This document shows positions 1 through 8,674 of a DNA stretch of 64,000 nt, piece by piece (the first letter of the stretch is position 1; the number at the start of each line of letters is the position of its first letter). This stretch comes from an uncultured Acidobacteriaceae bacterium (GTDB lineage: Bacteria > Acidobacteriota > Terriglobia > Bryobacterales > Bryobacteraceae): NCBI GenBank assembly GCA_963845995.1, contig CAWJUO010000028.1, forward strand, positions 46,405 through 110,404. The letters are read 5' to 3'. The notes beneath the pieces were generated by a model. That model ran no database searches. It worked only from the letters and a program-made list of their open reading frames with translations, and was not told the DNA's origin. Position numbers and translations under genes: made by a program.

Positions 1-1154
1 AATTGCGCGATCACCTTCCGGCGAGAAGCTCCGAGCGCGAAACGAATGGAGATTTCGCGGCTCCGCTCGGTCGTGCGGGCTAGCAGCAAGCCCGCAATGT
101 TGGTACAGGCAATCAGAAGAAGCAGAGATACCGCACCGAATAGCATCCAGAGCGACCGGCGCACGCCGCCGACCGTGGTCTCTTTCAGCGGCTGAATTTC
201 GACTGTTAGATCCGCGTCCGTTTTTGGATACTCGCGGCCGAGTCGAGACTGAACCGTGGCAAGGTTAGCGCGGGCTTGCGCCGGCGTGACACCAGGCTTC
301 AGGCGGCCGATACCCCAATACCAGGTTGCATCGCGGCGCTGGGCGAACTTCGAATCGGGAGGAACCGGCGCCCATAGATCTACGTCGTGATCGGGAAATC
401 CAAAAGACGCCGGCATCACGCCGATGATTGACACGGAATTCCCATACAGCCGAAGCCTTCGTCCGATCGCCTGCGGATCGCCGTGAAAACGCCGCTGCCA
501 TAGACGATAGCCGATGATCACCGCGGGTGGGCCGCCGGCATGTTCTTCGCTCACTGAGAAATCCCGGCCAAGCGCGGGCGAAACGCCCAATGTCTGCAGG
601 AAGCGGGGAGCCACCCAGGCATTCGTCAGCTTTTCCGGAAGCGCGCCAGACGTCTCCGAAACGTCTTCTGTGTAGTACCCGGTAATCGACTGGAAAGTTG
701 AATTCAGACGGTTCCATTCCTCAAGCCGGACCGGCGCAATAGGACTCTCCGGGCTTTTCTGCTTCGGGAAGTACTCGTGTAACGTCATCAACTGACTGGC
801 GTCGGGAAAAGGAAGCGGCTTAAGAAGAATGGCGTCAAGAGCGGAAAAAACCGCGCTGTTTGCGCCGATTCCAAGCGCCAGTGTCAGGATCACCGCGATC
901 GAGAAAGAGGGCGATTTGCGGATGAAGCGAAGCGCCGAGGTGAAATTGGAGACCGCCTCGTCCCAGACCGGAAGGCGGCGAACATCGCGCAGCTCTTCTT
1001 TGATCTGTTCCTTGCCGCCGAATTCCAGCATCGCCTTCCTCCTCGCGTCCTCGGCTGAAAATCCAGCCGCAATATTTTCGTTGATCAGGTTTTCTATGTG
1101 AAACCGCAGCTCTCTATCCAGCTGTTCATCGGCGATGCGCTTGCGGAATTTCAC
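1..1154 (-). CDS. ADOP/MacB-like FtsX-family permease, N-terminal part (gene runs off the window at position 1)
   Basis: Own minus-strand translation from GTG 1154..1152: KFRKRIADEQLDRELRFHIENLINENIAAGFSAEDARRKAMLEFGG, then TM 'SFSIAVILTLALGIGANSAVFS', a MacB-type periplasmic domain, and 'LLLIACTNIAGLLLARTTERSREISIRFALGASR'. It lies directly downstream of PadR. It is absent from the ORF track because no stop lies inside the window. Confidence 0.85.
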   Translation of the reverse strand, partial: MKFRKRIADEQLDRELRFHIENLINENIAAGFSAEDARRKAMLEFGGKEQIKEELRDVRRLPVWDEAVSNFTSALRFIRKSPSFSIAVILTLALGIGANSAVFSALDAILLKPLPFPDASQLMTLHEYFPKQKSPESPIAPVRLEEWNRLNSTFQSITGYYTEDVSETSGALPEKLTNAWVAPRFLQTLGVSPALGRDFSVSEEHAGGPPAVIIGYRLWQRRFHGDPQAIGRRLRLYGNSVSIIGVMPASFGFPDHDVDLWAPVPPDSKFAQRRDATWYWGIGRLKPGVTPAQARANLATVQSRLGREYPKTDADLTVEIQPLKETTVGGVRRSLWMLFGAVSLLLLIACTNIAGLLLARTTERSREISIRFALGASRRKVIAQ

Positions 1155-1162
1155 TTTGAAAT

Positions 1163-1498
1163 CTATTGAACGGCTTCAAGGATCAAACCAACCGCGCCAG
1201 AGAGCCGATGCCAATTAGCCTCCTCCGCAGTCAGCTGCTTACGGCCTTTTACCGACAGCTTGTAGAACTTGGCTTGACGGCTGTTATCGGATTCACCCCA
1301 CGTCGCCTCCAGCCATCCGCGCGCTTCCAGCCGGTGCAGAGCCGGGTAAAGCGAGCCTTGCTGAACGTTTAAAACCTCGTTCGATATCTGGCGAATGCGC
1401 TGCGAAATGGCATATCCGTGGACCGGCCCGAGAGCGACGATCTTCAGGATGAGCATGTCCAACGTGCCCTGCAACAAATCCGAGTTCTCAATAGGCAT
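1163..1498 (-). CDS. PadR family transcriptional regulator
   Basis: 111 aa. 'LLQGTLDMLILKIVALGPVHGYAISQRI...GSLYPALHRLEARGWL' is the classic PadR winged-helix signature. Followed 8 nt later by the permease gene. Confidence 0.93.
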   Translation of the reverse strand: MPIENSDLLQGTLDMLILKIVALGPVHGYAISQRIRQISNEVLNVQQGSLYPALHRLEARGWLEATWGESDNSRQAKFYKLSVKGRKQLTAEEANWHRLSGAVGLILEAVQ

Positions 1499-1511
1499 GT
1501 GACCGTCCCTG

Positions 1512-1583
1512 TGTCAATCTACATATACGGCAACGATGTGTAGATTGTCAAGGGGGAAACGATGTAGACAAAACTTCGTCTAC
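1512..1583. promoter_or_regulatory. Two palindromes in the PadR / small-ORF divergent intergenic region (candidate PadR operators)
   Basis: TGTCAATCTACA (1512-1523) and TGTAGATTGTCA (1539-1550) form an 11/12 inverted repeat. GTAGAC-N8-GTCTAC lies at 1564-1583. Both lie between the PadR start (1498) and the ORF start at 1592. Confidence 0.5.
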
Positions 1584-1591
1584 TGTTCAGC

Positions 1592-1774
1592 ATGAGCCAT
1601 TTACAGAAAGTCTCGTACCTCTTGGGAGCATTGCTCCTGGGCATTTCCGCAGCCTTGGTGTTAGGCACAAATGAAAAAAGCGCCCGCCGCCCCAGGAGAT
1701 CCGAAAGAACGCTCCCGGTGGAGCAACTTACGGAAAACCTGAAGCAGGCGTGGGCGCCTTATCACACACCGTAA
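1592..1774 (+). CDS. Small hypothetical membrane-anchored protein (60 aa)
   Basis: ATG ORF with an N-terminal hydrophobic helix 'VSYLLGALLLGISAALVLG' followed by a basic/charged tail. No clear SD and no family recognised. Confidence 0.4.
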   Translation: MSHLQKVSYLLGALLLGISAALVLGTNEKSARRPRRSERTLPVEQLTENLKQAWAPYHTP

Positions 1775-1780
1775 TTGAAT

Positions 1781-2159
1781 TTACTGCGGAGTTTGTGCCG
1801 TCCCGGAAGAGCCTGCACCCGCAGTGCTGGACGTATCGGTGTTAGTCCCCTTGTGATGGCGTCTGCTCTTCTTGGACGATTTCGAGTTCTGGCTGCCAGT
1901 GTCGCTAGTGCCATTTTGTGCAGATTGACCCGACTGTCCAGCGGATCCAGACTGCCCAGCCGATCCAGATTGTCCGGCCGATGCCAGACTGTCCAGCCGT
2001 TCCCGACTGCCCAGCGGAGCCAGTCTGTCCGGACGGGGCGCTACCCGCACCACCGCCCTGTCCGCCAGCTCCACCCGACCCTGCCTGCACTGGCACCGCG
2101 AAACCAATCATTGGAATCGACACCGCCGTTAAAAGTAGTGAATAGAAAGTGTTCTTCAT
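1781..2159 (-). CDS. Secreted Gly/Ser/Gln-rich repeat protein, reading frame broken inside the repeat
   Basis: Signal peptide 'MKNTFYSLLLTAVSIPMIGFAVPVQA' then (S/T)AGQSG hexapeptide repeats (ORF 1905..2159). The repeats continue in another frame (ORF 1781..2107: SAGQSGSAGQSGSAGQSGQSAQNG...TAQTPQ*). A one-base shift near 1981 joins them. Confidence 0.6.
1931..2038. repeat. Six imperfect tandem 18-nt units encoding (S/T)AGQSG
   Basis: Read directly: cgactgtccagcggatc / cagactgcccagccgatc / cagattgtccggccgatgc / cagactgtccagccgttc / ccgactgcccagcggagc / cagtctgtccggacgggg. Confidence 0.8.
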
Positions 2160-2275
2160 ACTAGGAATGCTTTACCCTCCGCCATTTGGACATGTATCGT
2201 GTGAATTACATTACCTAGGCGTACTACGTGCCGTCCCGCTCGTGAGAGAAAAGTTCTAACCACGAACAAAGGAGC

Positions 2276-5050
2276 GTGAATACTATGACTGCGGATCCAC
2301 TTCTTGCTCTCGAACGTCGAGACTTCCTCAAGCTCGCTGGTGCAATGACGGCGTTCGGCTCCGGTACCACTGCTCAAGGCGTTCTTCGCGGTCGAGTTGC
2401 TATCGTGATCGATGCGAACGATCCGGTCCCCTCCGCCGGTCCCGTGAAGTGGGCTGCCGGACAGCTCCTTCAAGCGCTCTCGGCCAAGGGTTCGCCCTGC
2501 GGCATCTTTCCGTCTCTTGAGTCAGGCCGAGGGTTCTGCGTTCTTCATCCTGGTGGCGAATCCCGCCTCCGATTTGGCCAGAGGGTTCTCCGCGCCCTGT
2601 ACACCCCTCGAAGCGCCCGAAAGCATCCGAATGACTCCTGGGAAGGTCGCGGAATCACCCGCAATCCTGATATCCGGAAGTGATGCCGCGAGGCTTTCTG
2701 TACGGTCTGCTCGAACTAGCTGAGCGCGTTCAGTTCGGAGATAATCCCTCCGCCGCATTGTCCTTGAGCAAGGCCGTCGAGGAGAAATCCGCCAATGAGG
2801 TCAGGAGTGTAGCGCGCGCCTTCTGCAGCGAAATCGAAGATAAGACCTGGTACTACGACAAGAACTTCTGGCGGGGATATTTGGATGTGATCGCCGCAAG
2901 CCGGTTCAATCGATTCAACCTTGCCTTTGGTTTCGGATACGATTTTCCACGCGGCGTCACGGGAGACTACTTCCACTTTGTTTATCCATATCTAGTCGAT
3001 GTTCCCGGCTATAACGTCCGGGTCGTCCGGCTCACCGCCGGCGATGGTCAAACTCCCGGGCCGCTTTCGAACGAAGAAAGAGAGAGAAACTTCGACATTC
3101 TGCGCTTTGTCGCCGCCGAAACCGGCGCTCGCGGCCTTCAATTTCAACTGGGTATTTGGACCCACGCCTATCAATGGACAGATAGCCCTCGCGCCGATCA
3201 TCGAATTGAAGGGCTGACGCCGGAGACTCACGCCGCCTATTGCCGTGATGCTCTAGCGATTATTTTGAAGGCCTGCCCCCAAATTCAAGGACTCACCCTT
3301 CGAGTTCATGGCGAGAGTGGGATTCCTGAAGGGAGCTATCCGTTCTGGAAAACTCTCTTTCAAGCGATCTCCGGCAGCTGGCCGCAAGATCGAAATCGAG
3401 ATGCACTCTAAGGGCGTCAACAGCACCATGATCGACATAGCCGCGGGCACCGGCATGCCAGTGAAATTGGGCGCCAAATACTCAGCGGAGCACCAGAGCC
3501 TTGGCTATAACCAGGCGGATATCCGCGAACTGGAAATACCGCGGCCGAGCCGCATGGAAACCGGCCTCTTTAGCGTCAGCAACGGCGCGCGCCGTTTCAC
3601 GCGCTATGGATACGCCGATTTTTTTCAGGAGGGGAGCCGGTATAAAGTGCTCTTCCGCCTATGGCCCGGAACACAGCGCCATTTGCTCTCGGCCGACCCG
3701 GAGATGGCGGCGGCCTTCGGACGAACATCTAATTTCTGTGGAGCCGCCGGACTGGAACTCTGCGAACCCTTGACCTTCAAAGGCCGTGAAGGTTCGGGGC
3801 TGCCAGGTGGCCGCTGTGCCTACGCGGACGAATCTCTCAACCCCAAGGACGACTGGAGAAAATTCGAATACTACTACAGGGTTTGGGGACGCCTCCTGTA
3901 TAACCCCGGTGCGGATCCGGACACTTGGCGCAGATATCTAAGGAGCGATTTCGGGGCAGGCGCGGACTCGGTGGAAACTGCCGTTGCCAATTCCTCTCGC
4001 GTTCTTCCATTGCTGACCTCGGCCCACCTTTCCTCCGCCTCAAATCACTCCTTTTGGCCCGAGTTATACACCAACATGCCAATCGTGCTGGGCAGCGAAC
4101 CTTCGCCCTATAGCGACACGCCCACGCCTAAATGCTTTGGAACCGTCAGCCCCCTCGATCCGCAGCTATTTTCGACAATCGTCGAGCACGCCGCCGATCT
4201 ACTCGCTGCCCGTTCCAATCCAAAATATTCTCCGGTGGAAGTAGCGCAATGGTTGGACGGCTACACGGCGGCAGCGGCAAAGGCACTATCTGCTGCCCAT
4301 CGTCAGACGAAATCGAACACTTCTCCTGAGTTCCGCCGGATTGAAGAGGATGTCCTCATCCAGAATGGCCTGGGACAATTCTTCGCGGCGAAGTTACGGA
4401 GCGGAGTACTCTTTGAAATCTATCAGCGGACCGGCGATTCCGATGCCGGCAAACTGGCTTTAGAGCAATATCTCAAGGCGCGCGATTCTTGGACAGCTAT
4501 GGCGCGCCGGGCTCAAAATATTTACCGCGCCAACATCTCTTACGGGGATGTCCCGATCCGGCAAGGCCACTGGATAGATCGCGTCTCAAGCATCGAAAAG
4601 GATCTCGACGCCATGAAGGCAGCTTTGCAGCAGAAGCCCGGCGCAGAAGCGGGATCGCAACAAAAAGCGCGGCAGGCGATACAAGCTGTCATGCAACCAA
4701 CCCGGCGTCCTTCTATTCGCTGCAGCCATACGCCGCCTCAGACCTTTCAACCAGGTAGATCGCTTTCTCTGTCGCTCTCCCTAGCTGAGACGAATGGGCA
4801 TGCACTTCCTTCTTCAGTTCTCTTATGTTATCGGCATGTGAACCAGGCGGAGCGCTGGCGTTCTGTCGAAATGCGGTATGCGGACCGCTCTTTCGAATCC
4901 GCTATTGCGGGTGATTACACGAACTCCCCCTTCCCCCTGCAATACTATTTCGAGCTCAGGCGCGGGAATTCCGAAGCGTGGTTCTATCCAGCGTTCAACG
5001 CGGCGTTATCTAACCAGCCTTACTACGCAGTTTTCAAAAGGGAAAAATAG
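2276..5050 (+). pseudogene. Tat-exported large hydrolase-like protein (alpha-glucuronidase/GH-like N-terminal module), split over four frames
   Basis: Twin-arginine signal 'ERRDFLKLAGAMTAFG'. The sense continues across ORFs 2276..2683, 2517..2723, 2680..3411 and 3308..5050: 'SAFFILVANPASD...ILISGSDAA/RGFLYGLLELAERV' and 'FWKTLFQAISG/GRKIEIEMHSKGV'. Shifts lie near 2490-2530, 2688 and 3380. The functional family is only loosely recognised. Confidence 0.6.
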
Positions 5051-5075
5051 AGCCTCCGGATCAGCTCATAAATTT

Positions 5076-5570
5076 TCAATGACCGTTTCCGCACGAAACC
5101 GGTTTGCTTCCCCACGGTGCGCCCAACCTCACCCATTTCGTTAAGGTATCGATATCTTGCACCGGCAGTTTACTTCCGGGAGGCATCGTGACATCTCCAT
5201 CTTGCCGAATCACGTGAATGAGGATGCTTTGTTCAGGCTTCCCGGGGACAATCGTCGCTCCGTTCTTGCGTACTGCGACCAGCCCTTCGCGGTGTAAGAA
5301 TGATACGTTGCCATTCTTCAAGCCATCGTTGTGACACATAATGCAGTGCTCGCATAGAATCGGCTTGACCTCACTTTCGAAAAACCAACTGTGCCGCGGT
5401 TCTTTGCCCTGCGCGTGCATCTGAGCACTGAACGCCACAAGAGCCGCCAGAAATACTCTCGACTTATTGCACCGCGCCGACTGCGAACTGGCTACCCGCC
5501 CGAACAGCTTTGCTGCCGTTAAAGTCAATCTCAAGTAGTTTCTCACTCTGAACCTGTTGCCCGTTCTCAT
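5076..5570 (-). CDS. c-type cytochrome domain protein (planctomycete-type cytochrome c domain)
   Basis: 'KPILCEHCIMCHNDGLKNGNVSF...TMPPG' contains a CxxCH haem motif, preceded by a signal-like 'VFLAALVAFSAQMHA'. The start is uncertain: the only start codon in frame overlaps the upstream gene by ~100 nt. Confidence 0.65.
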   Translation of the reverse strand: MRTGNRFRVRNYLRLTLTAAKLFGRVASSQSARCNKSRVFLAALVAFSAQMHAQGKEPRHSWFFESEVKPILCEHCIMCHNDGLKNGNVSFLHREGLVAVRKNGATIVPGKPEQSILIHVIRQDGDVTMPPGSKLPVQDIDTLTKWVRLGAPWGSKPVSCGNGH

Positions 5571-6594
5571 CTTGTAATGTATTCACAATCTGCCGTGTAC
5601 GCCTGTCGATAATGTCGCCGCTTGATGGAATCACATACCGGCCGTCTATGCTCAGTGTTATCCAACCGGGCATGTCTCTGGTCTTGATGCTCGCGATCTG
5701 TTTAGGTGGCATAACTGTGCTGTCGAAAACATGCACATAGTTATTGGCGCCGTCCGCTAGCCAGAGTTCTTTCTCGTCCGGCGTCAATGCGATTCCGTGA
5801 CTCGGACACCCGTGACGTTTAGTAGGACCTTTTTCGTAGCCTTGAACCTGTACCTTGCAAACTTCTTTCCCGGTTTTTATATCGCCGACCTCGAAGCCGA
5901 GAAGATCGTTTACGTTAACAAAGCACAAAGTGTTACTTCCGTTCACCGTGAATGGGCGTATCACATTTGAGAACGGCCCGACTCGTTGAACCACGCTGCG
6001 CGTTTTCGGATCTGCAACCAGAAGATAGTTGAGGTGGAGACCAGCTAAATAAACGCGGCTCCCATCCGCGGCATAGATCGTATTGTGCGAACCCGAGTTG
6101 GTCTGGACTTTCGCTAGTACGTCTCCGCTTAACGCATCCACCACAGTCCAAAATGGCCCTTCAAAGGAAGGTACGTACAGGATTTTGCCATCTGGTGAGA
6201 TCGCCATCCGGTCACACCCGCCCTCGTAGGTTTTATCCCAAAGCATTTTGTCCGTCGCCAGGTCAAAAGAAGCCAAACGATTTTGCGTGCTTACGTACAA
6301 TCGGCCCGTCTTCGCGCTGGCAACAATGCCTTTGACGTTTTCCGGCTTGCGTCCAGGAACCAGATTCCAAGTTGGGATGCGTTTCACAAACTTGTACTGC
6401 TTATCCATGTCGAAAACAATAATTCCGATGCCCCCGTATTCAAGGTAGTTCCGGATGCCGGGAACGGCTACATACAGTAAGTGCCGGCTCGTGCCGTTAG
6501 CGCCATCCGCGCGCGCCGGCATCGAAATACAACCGCAGACAATCAGAACTGCGCACACTCTTACAATCCGGGAATAGAAATAATTGAGTTCCAT
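5464..6594 (-). CDS. Secreted beta-propeller repeat protein (YncE/YVTN-like)
   Basis: 376 aa with a signal peptide 'VCAVLIVCGCISMPARA'. Repeated 'DG..LYV', 'ISPDGKILYV' and 'LTPDEKELWLAD' blades. Confidence 0.7.
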   Translation of the reverse strand: MELNYFYSRIVRVCAVLIVCGCISMPARADGANGTSRHLLYVAVPGIRNYLEYGGIGIIVFDMDKQYKFVKRIPTWNLVPGRKPENVKGIVASAKTGRLYVSTQNRLASFDLATDKMLWDKTYEGGCDRMAISPDGKILYVPSFEGPFWTVVDALSGDVLAKVQTNSGSHNTIYAADGSRVYLAGLHLNYLLVADPKTRSVVQRVGPFSNVIRPFTVNGSNTLCFVNVNDLLGFEVGDIKTGKEVCKVQVQGYEKGPTKRHGCPSHGIALTPDEKELWLADGANNYVHVFDSTVMPPKQIASIKTRDMPGWITLSIDGRYVIPSSGDIIDRRTRQIVNTLQDENGQQVQSEKLLEIDFNGSKAVRAGSQFAVGAVQ

Positions 6595-6618
6595 AACTTT
6601 CTCGCGATTTGCTCTTCC

Positions 6619-6888
6619 TTACATCGCTGCAGCAGCGCTAGTGAAAGTGCCCTCCGCGGAGCTGCCAATTTGCAAATCCCGTGAGATTCTACTTTCGTAC
6701 GTCCGCGAACCCATGACATAGCAGCCGATCGTCCTGAGAAACCGTGTCATCATTTCGGGATCCATACCCTTCCCGTCATCGAACGTGTCAGTGGTTTCGA
6801 GCCAGTCCACACTTCCGTCTCTTCGAGCAATGAAGCCGTCCAGGCTGGCTACCATGTGGATGGTTACGCGAGACTCTGCTTCCTGCAT
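6619..6888 (-). pseudogene. Truncated dihydrofolate-reductase-like (RibD C-terminal family) remnant
   Basis: 'VTIHMVASLDGFIARRDGSVDWL...CYVMGSRTYE' matches the first ~65 aa of the family, then diverges and stops. The next gene starts 25 nt downstream, so there is no room for the missing ~110 aa. Confidence 0.5.
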
Positions 6889-7015
6889 ACGGCAACCCGG
6901 GAGGACATTGGCATTGCTCCAGTGTAAACGTCACCCATTGTAAAAAATGTTTGACACGCATCCCCTAAGATGCTATCTTCCCTATGTCAAATATTTTTTA
7001 CACGGAGCCGCCCCC

Positions 7016-7444
7016 ATGACTACAAGCCTTTCCTACCGCGAAAAAACTCTCTACGCCTCGCTTGCGGCGGAACTCGTCGTGTACTGCCCTTACTTCTTCC
7101 TGCACCAGCAAAACTCCGTCAACAAGGTGGCAGGCATGATTGTCGCCATCATCGTGCTGCAAATAATCCTGCAGTCGATCATTGCCGCACTGACTCGGAA
7201 CCGTGTAACGGATGAGCGCGACAGGTTGATCGAGCTACGAGGCTATCGCGCCGGTTATCTGGTGCTCGCCTCACTCATGGTAATCGGGCTGGGCATGTTG
7301 TGGTTTCACGCGACCGTCGGCCACCTTCGATTGGACAGCCGGATCATAGGACTTCATTTCTTGAACGTCTTTTTCGGCATGTTGGTCATCGCGGATATAA
7401 CGAAGACCGTCACGCAGATCGTGGCTTACCGGAAGACGCTCTGA
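7016..7444 (+). CDS. DUF2178-like four-TM membrane protein
   Basis: ATG 7016 with GGAG 8 nt upstream. A hydrophobic four-helix protein whose stop overlaps the start of the XRE gene (TGATG), the usual DUF2178/HTH pairing. Confidence 0.7.
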   Translation: MTTSLSYREKTLYASLAAELVVYCPYFFLHQQNSVNKVAGMIVAIIVLQIILQSIIAALTRNRVTDERDRLIELRGYRAGYLVLASLMVIGLGMLWFHATVGHLRLDSRIIGLHFLNVFFGMLVIADITKTVTQIVAYRKTL

Positions 7445-8089
7445 TGCCCGCCATACGCAATCGGATTCGAGAACTCCGGGCCCTCCGCGAGATGACCCAA
7501 CAGGAACTCGCCGATCGAGTCGGCGTCACCCGGCAGACAGTCATAGCCATCGAACAAGACAAGTATTCGCCTTCCCTCGAGACTGCGTTCAAAGTGGCAA
7601 TCGTGCTGGGTGTGCCCCTTGACCAGTGTTTCCAGTACGACCCACGCGGTAAGCGCTGAAAAAACGAACCCAACCCAATTCGTTTGGCAAAATCAACTCG
7701 GGGGTGGCGCGGACGGTCTTGCCGTCTGCGCCTGCCTGCGAGCTGCCACATAAAGATCAGCAGCACAAATTACACTACAAAACAACTTTTGAGCGTTCTT
7801 TCCGGCGGTCCCTCCGTAACATCGAGCAGTTCGGTCACGCCGCTCCGCGAAGCACAAGCCGCCGAGCGCCTCGTCCCGCTACGCTTCACAAAAACGGCCT
7901 CGACTACAAACCATTTATGGCGTGGGCCTGCCAGGCCAATTGATACTGGCTTACGACGATCGGCCTCGGATCTGCGCCCATCCCGCCGTGCTCGCGCCTA
8001 TCCATAAACGTCAGATTTTAGCGCTGATGTTGGAACCTGAAATCGATCTACCTGCGCGGCTTTTGATAACGCGCGTCAGGCGCGTGACC
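7436..8089 (+). repeat. Left copy of a direct duplication: intact XRE gene plus a collapsed, decayed copy of the two genes found intact at 14522-15972
   Basis: Manual alignment gives three blocks. 7436-7745 matches 14119-14415 with about 15 substitutions and 4-5 single-base indels. 7740-7915 matches 14831-15045. 7916-8089 matches 15511-15778. About 415 and 465 nt are missing between blocks, plus a further ~100 nt inside block 3. Confidence 0.85.
7444..7659 (+). CDS. XRE-family helix-turn-helix transcriptional regulator (71 aa)
   Basis: 'IRELRALREMTQQELADRVGVTRQTVIAIEQDKYSPSLETAFKVAIVLGVPLDQCFQY' is a typical short Cro/C1 HTH. Confidence 0.9.
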   Translation: MPAIRNRIRELRALREMTQQELADRVGVTRQTVIAIEQDKYSPSLETAFKVAIVLGVPLDQCFQYDPRGKR

Positions 8090-8165
8090 GTTGGCTCCTC
8101 TTTTTCAGAATCCTGCCAGAGAGCATTATGCCGAATTTGCTACAAGGTAAAATACAGAGGAACGC

Positions 8166-8351
8166 ATGCCTGATTTCGAAGAAATTATTCCCGATATTCC
8201 CGGTTCCGATCCGGTTGGGAAACAACCCGAGAAGGCGTCTTCCCTTCCGGTCTGGCATAAGCCCGAGCTTTCGCGCATTTCCATCGCGGCTTCCTCCGGG
8301 CCTCACACCCGCGCGGAAACGGGTGACGATGCCGGTATCTTTGTCTCTTGA
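8166..8351 (+). CDS. Candidate RiPP (lasso-type) precursor peptide, 61 aa
   Basis: SD AGAGGAA at 8156-8162. The TGA overlaps the next ORF. It contains the 'WHKPEL' aromatic-xxPxL leader-like motif, has an acidic core and ends in Ser. It sits immediately 5' of PqqD and the B2 peptidase. Confidence 0.55.
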   Translation: MPDFEEIIPDIPGSDPVGKQPEKASSLPVWHKPELSRISIAASSGPHTRAETGDDAGIFVS

Positions 8352-8371
8352 TTTGCGGAAACGGTGCCGGA

Positions 8372-8653
8372 ATGTCTGTGAACTCGCAATCGATTGTGAA
8401 GAGAACGCCTGGCCTGATGAGCACGCGGGTAGAGAACGACACTTACATTTTGAATCCCATGCGGGATCAATATACCGGCCTGGACGAAATCGGACGCCGC
8501 ATCTGGGATTTGCTCGAAGCGCCAAGCCGGGTGGATCGCCTCTGCGATCAGGTCTTGCACGAGTATCAGGGAGATGCGCAACAGATTGCGAGTGAGCTTT
8601 TCGAGTTCCTGAACGAACTGGAGACTGAGGGTTTACTGGAAGTCGGTAAATAG
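8372..8653 (+). CDS. PqqD-family peptide chaperone (RiPP recognition element, lasso B1-type)
   Basis: 93 aa. 'RTPGLMSTRVENDTYILNPMRDQYTGLDEIGRRIWDLLEAPSRVDRLCDQVLHEYQGD...FLNELETEGLL' is the canonical PqqD pattern. An alternative TTG start lies at 8348. Confidence 0.85.
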   Translation: MSVNSQSIVKRTPGLMSTRVENDTYILNPMRDQYTGLDEIGRRIWDLLEAPSRVDRLCDQVLHEYQGDAQQIASELFEFLNELETEGLLEVGK

Positions 8654-8674
8654 CGTAGCCGCGGAATTCTCAAA

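Noticed and set aside
265-1101. ORF-track entries 265..717(-), 829..1101(+) and 890..1072(-)
   Set aside because: They lie out of frame or antisense inside the clearly recognisable ADOP permease gene (1-1154, minus). Their translations are Arg/Ser/Pro-rich with no family resemblance.
7660-7695. Hairpin AAACGAA-N10-TTCGTTT just after the XRE stop (also present in the right repeat copy at about 14340)
   Set aside because: The stem is short and A/U-rich, with a 10-nt loop and no following U-tract. The evidence is insufficient to call a terminator.
8100-8165. Possible promoter for the precursor gene (TTGCTA ... TAAAAT)
   Set aside because: The spacing between the hexamers is only 5 nt, and no better -35 lies at the canonical distance. 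The promoter consensus for this lineage is uncertain, so it was not called.
7684-8173. ORFs 7684..8007, 7704..7943 and 7922..8173 (+) downstream of the XRE gene
   Set aside because: They are translations of the collapsed, decayed duplicate of genes found intact at 14522-15972 (e.g. 'YKTTFERSFRRSLRNIEQFG', 'ILAYDD...PAVLAPIHKRQIL'). They are gene fragments, not functional CDS.
8076-8595. ORFs 8076..8525(-), 8128..8595(+), 8185..8442(-) and 8303..8581(-) overlapping the precursor and PqqD genes
   Set aside because: They compete with a precursor ORF that has a good SD and with a textbook PqqD sequence. Their own products are low-complexity Arg/Pro/Ser-rich with no motif.
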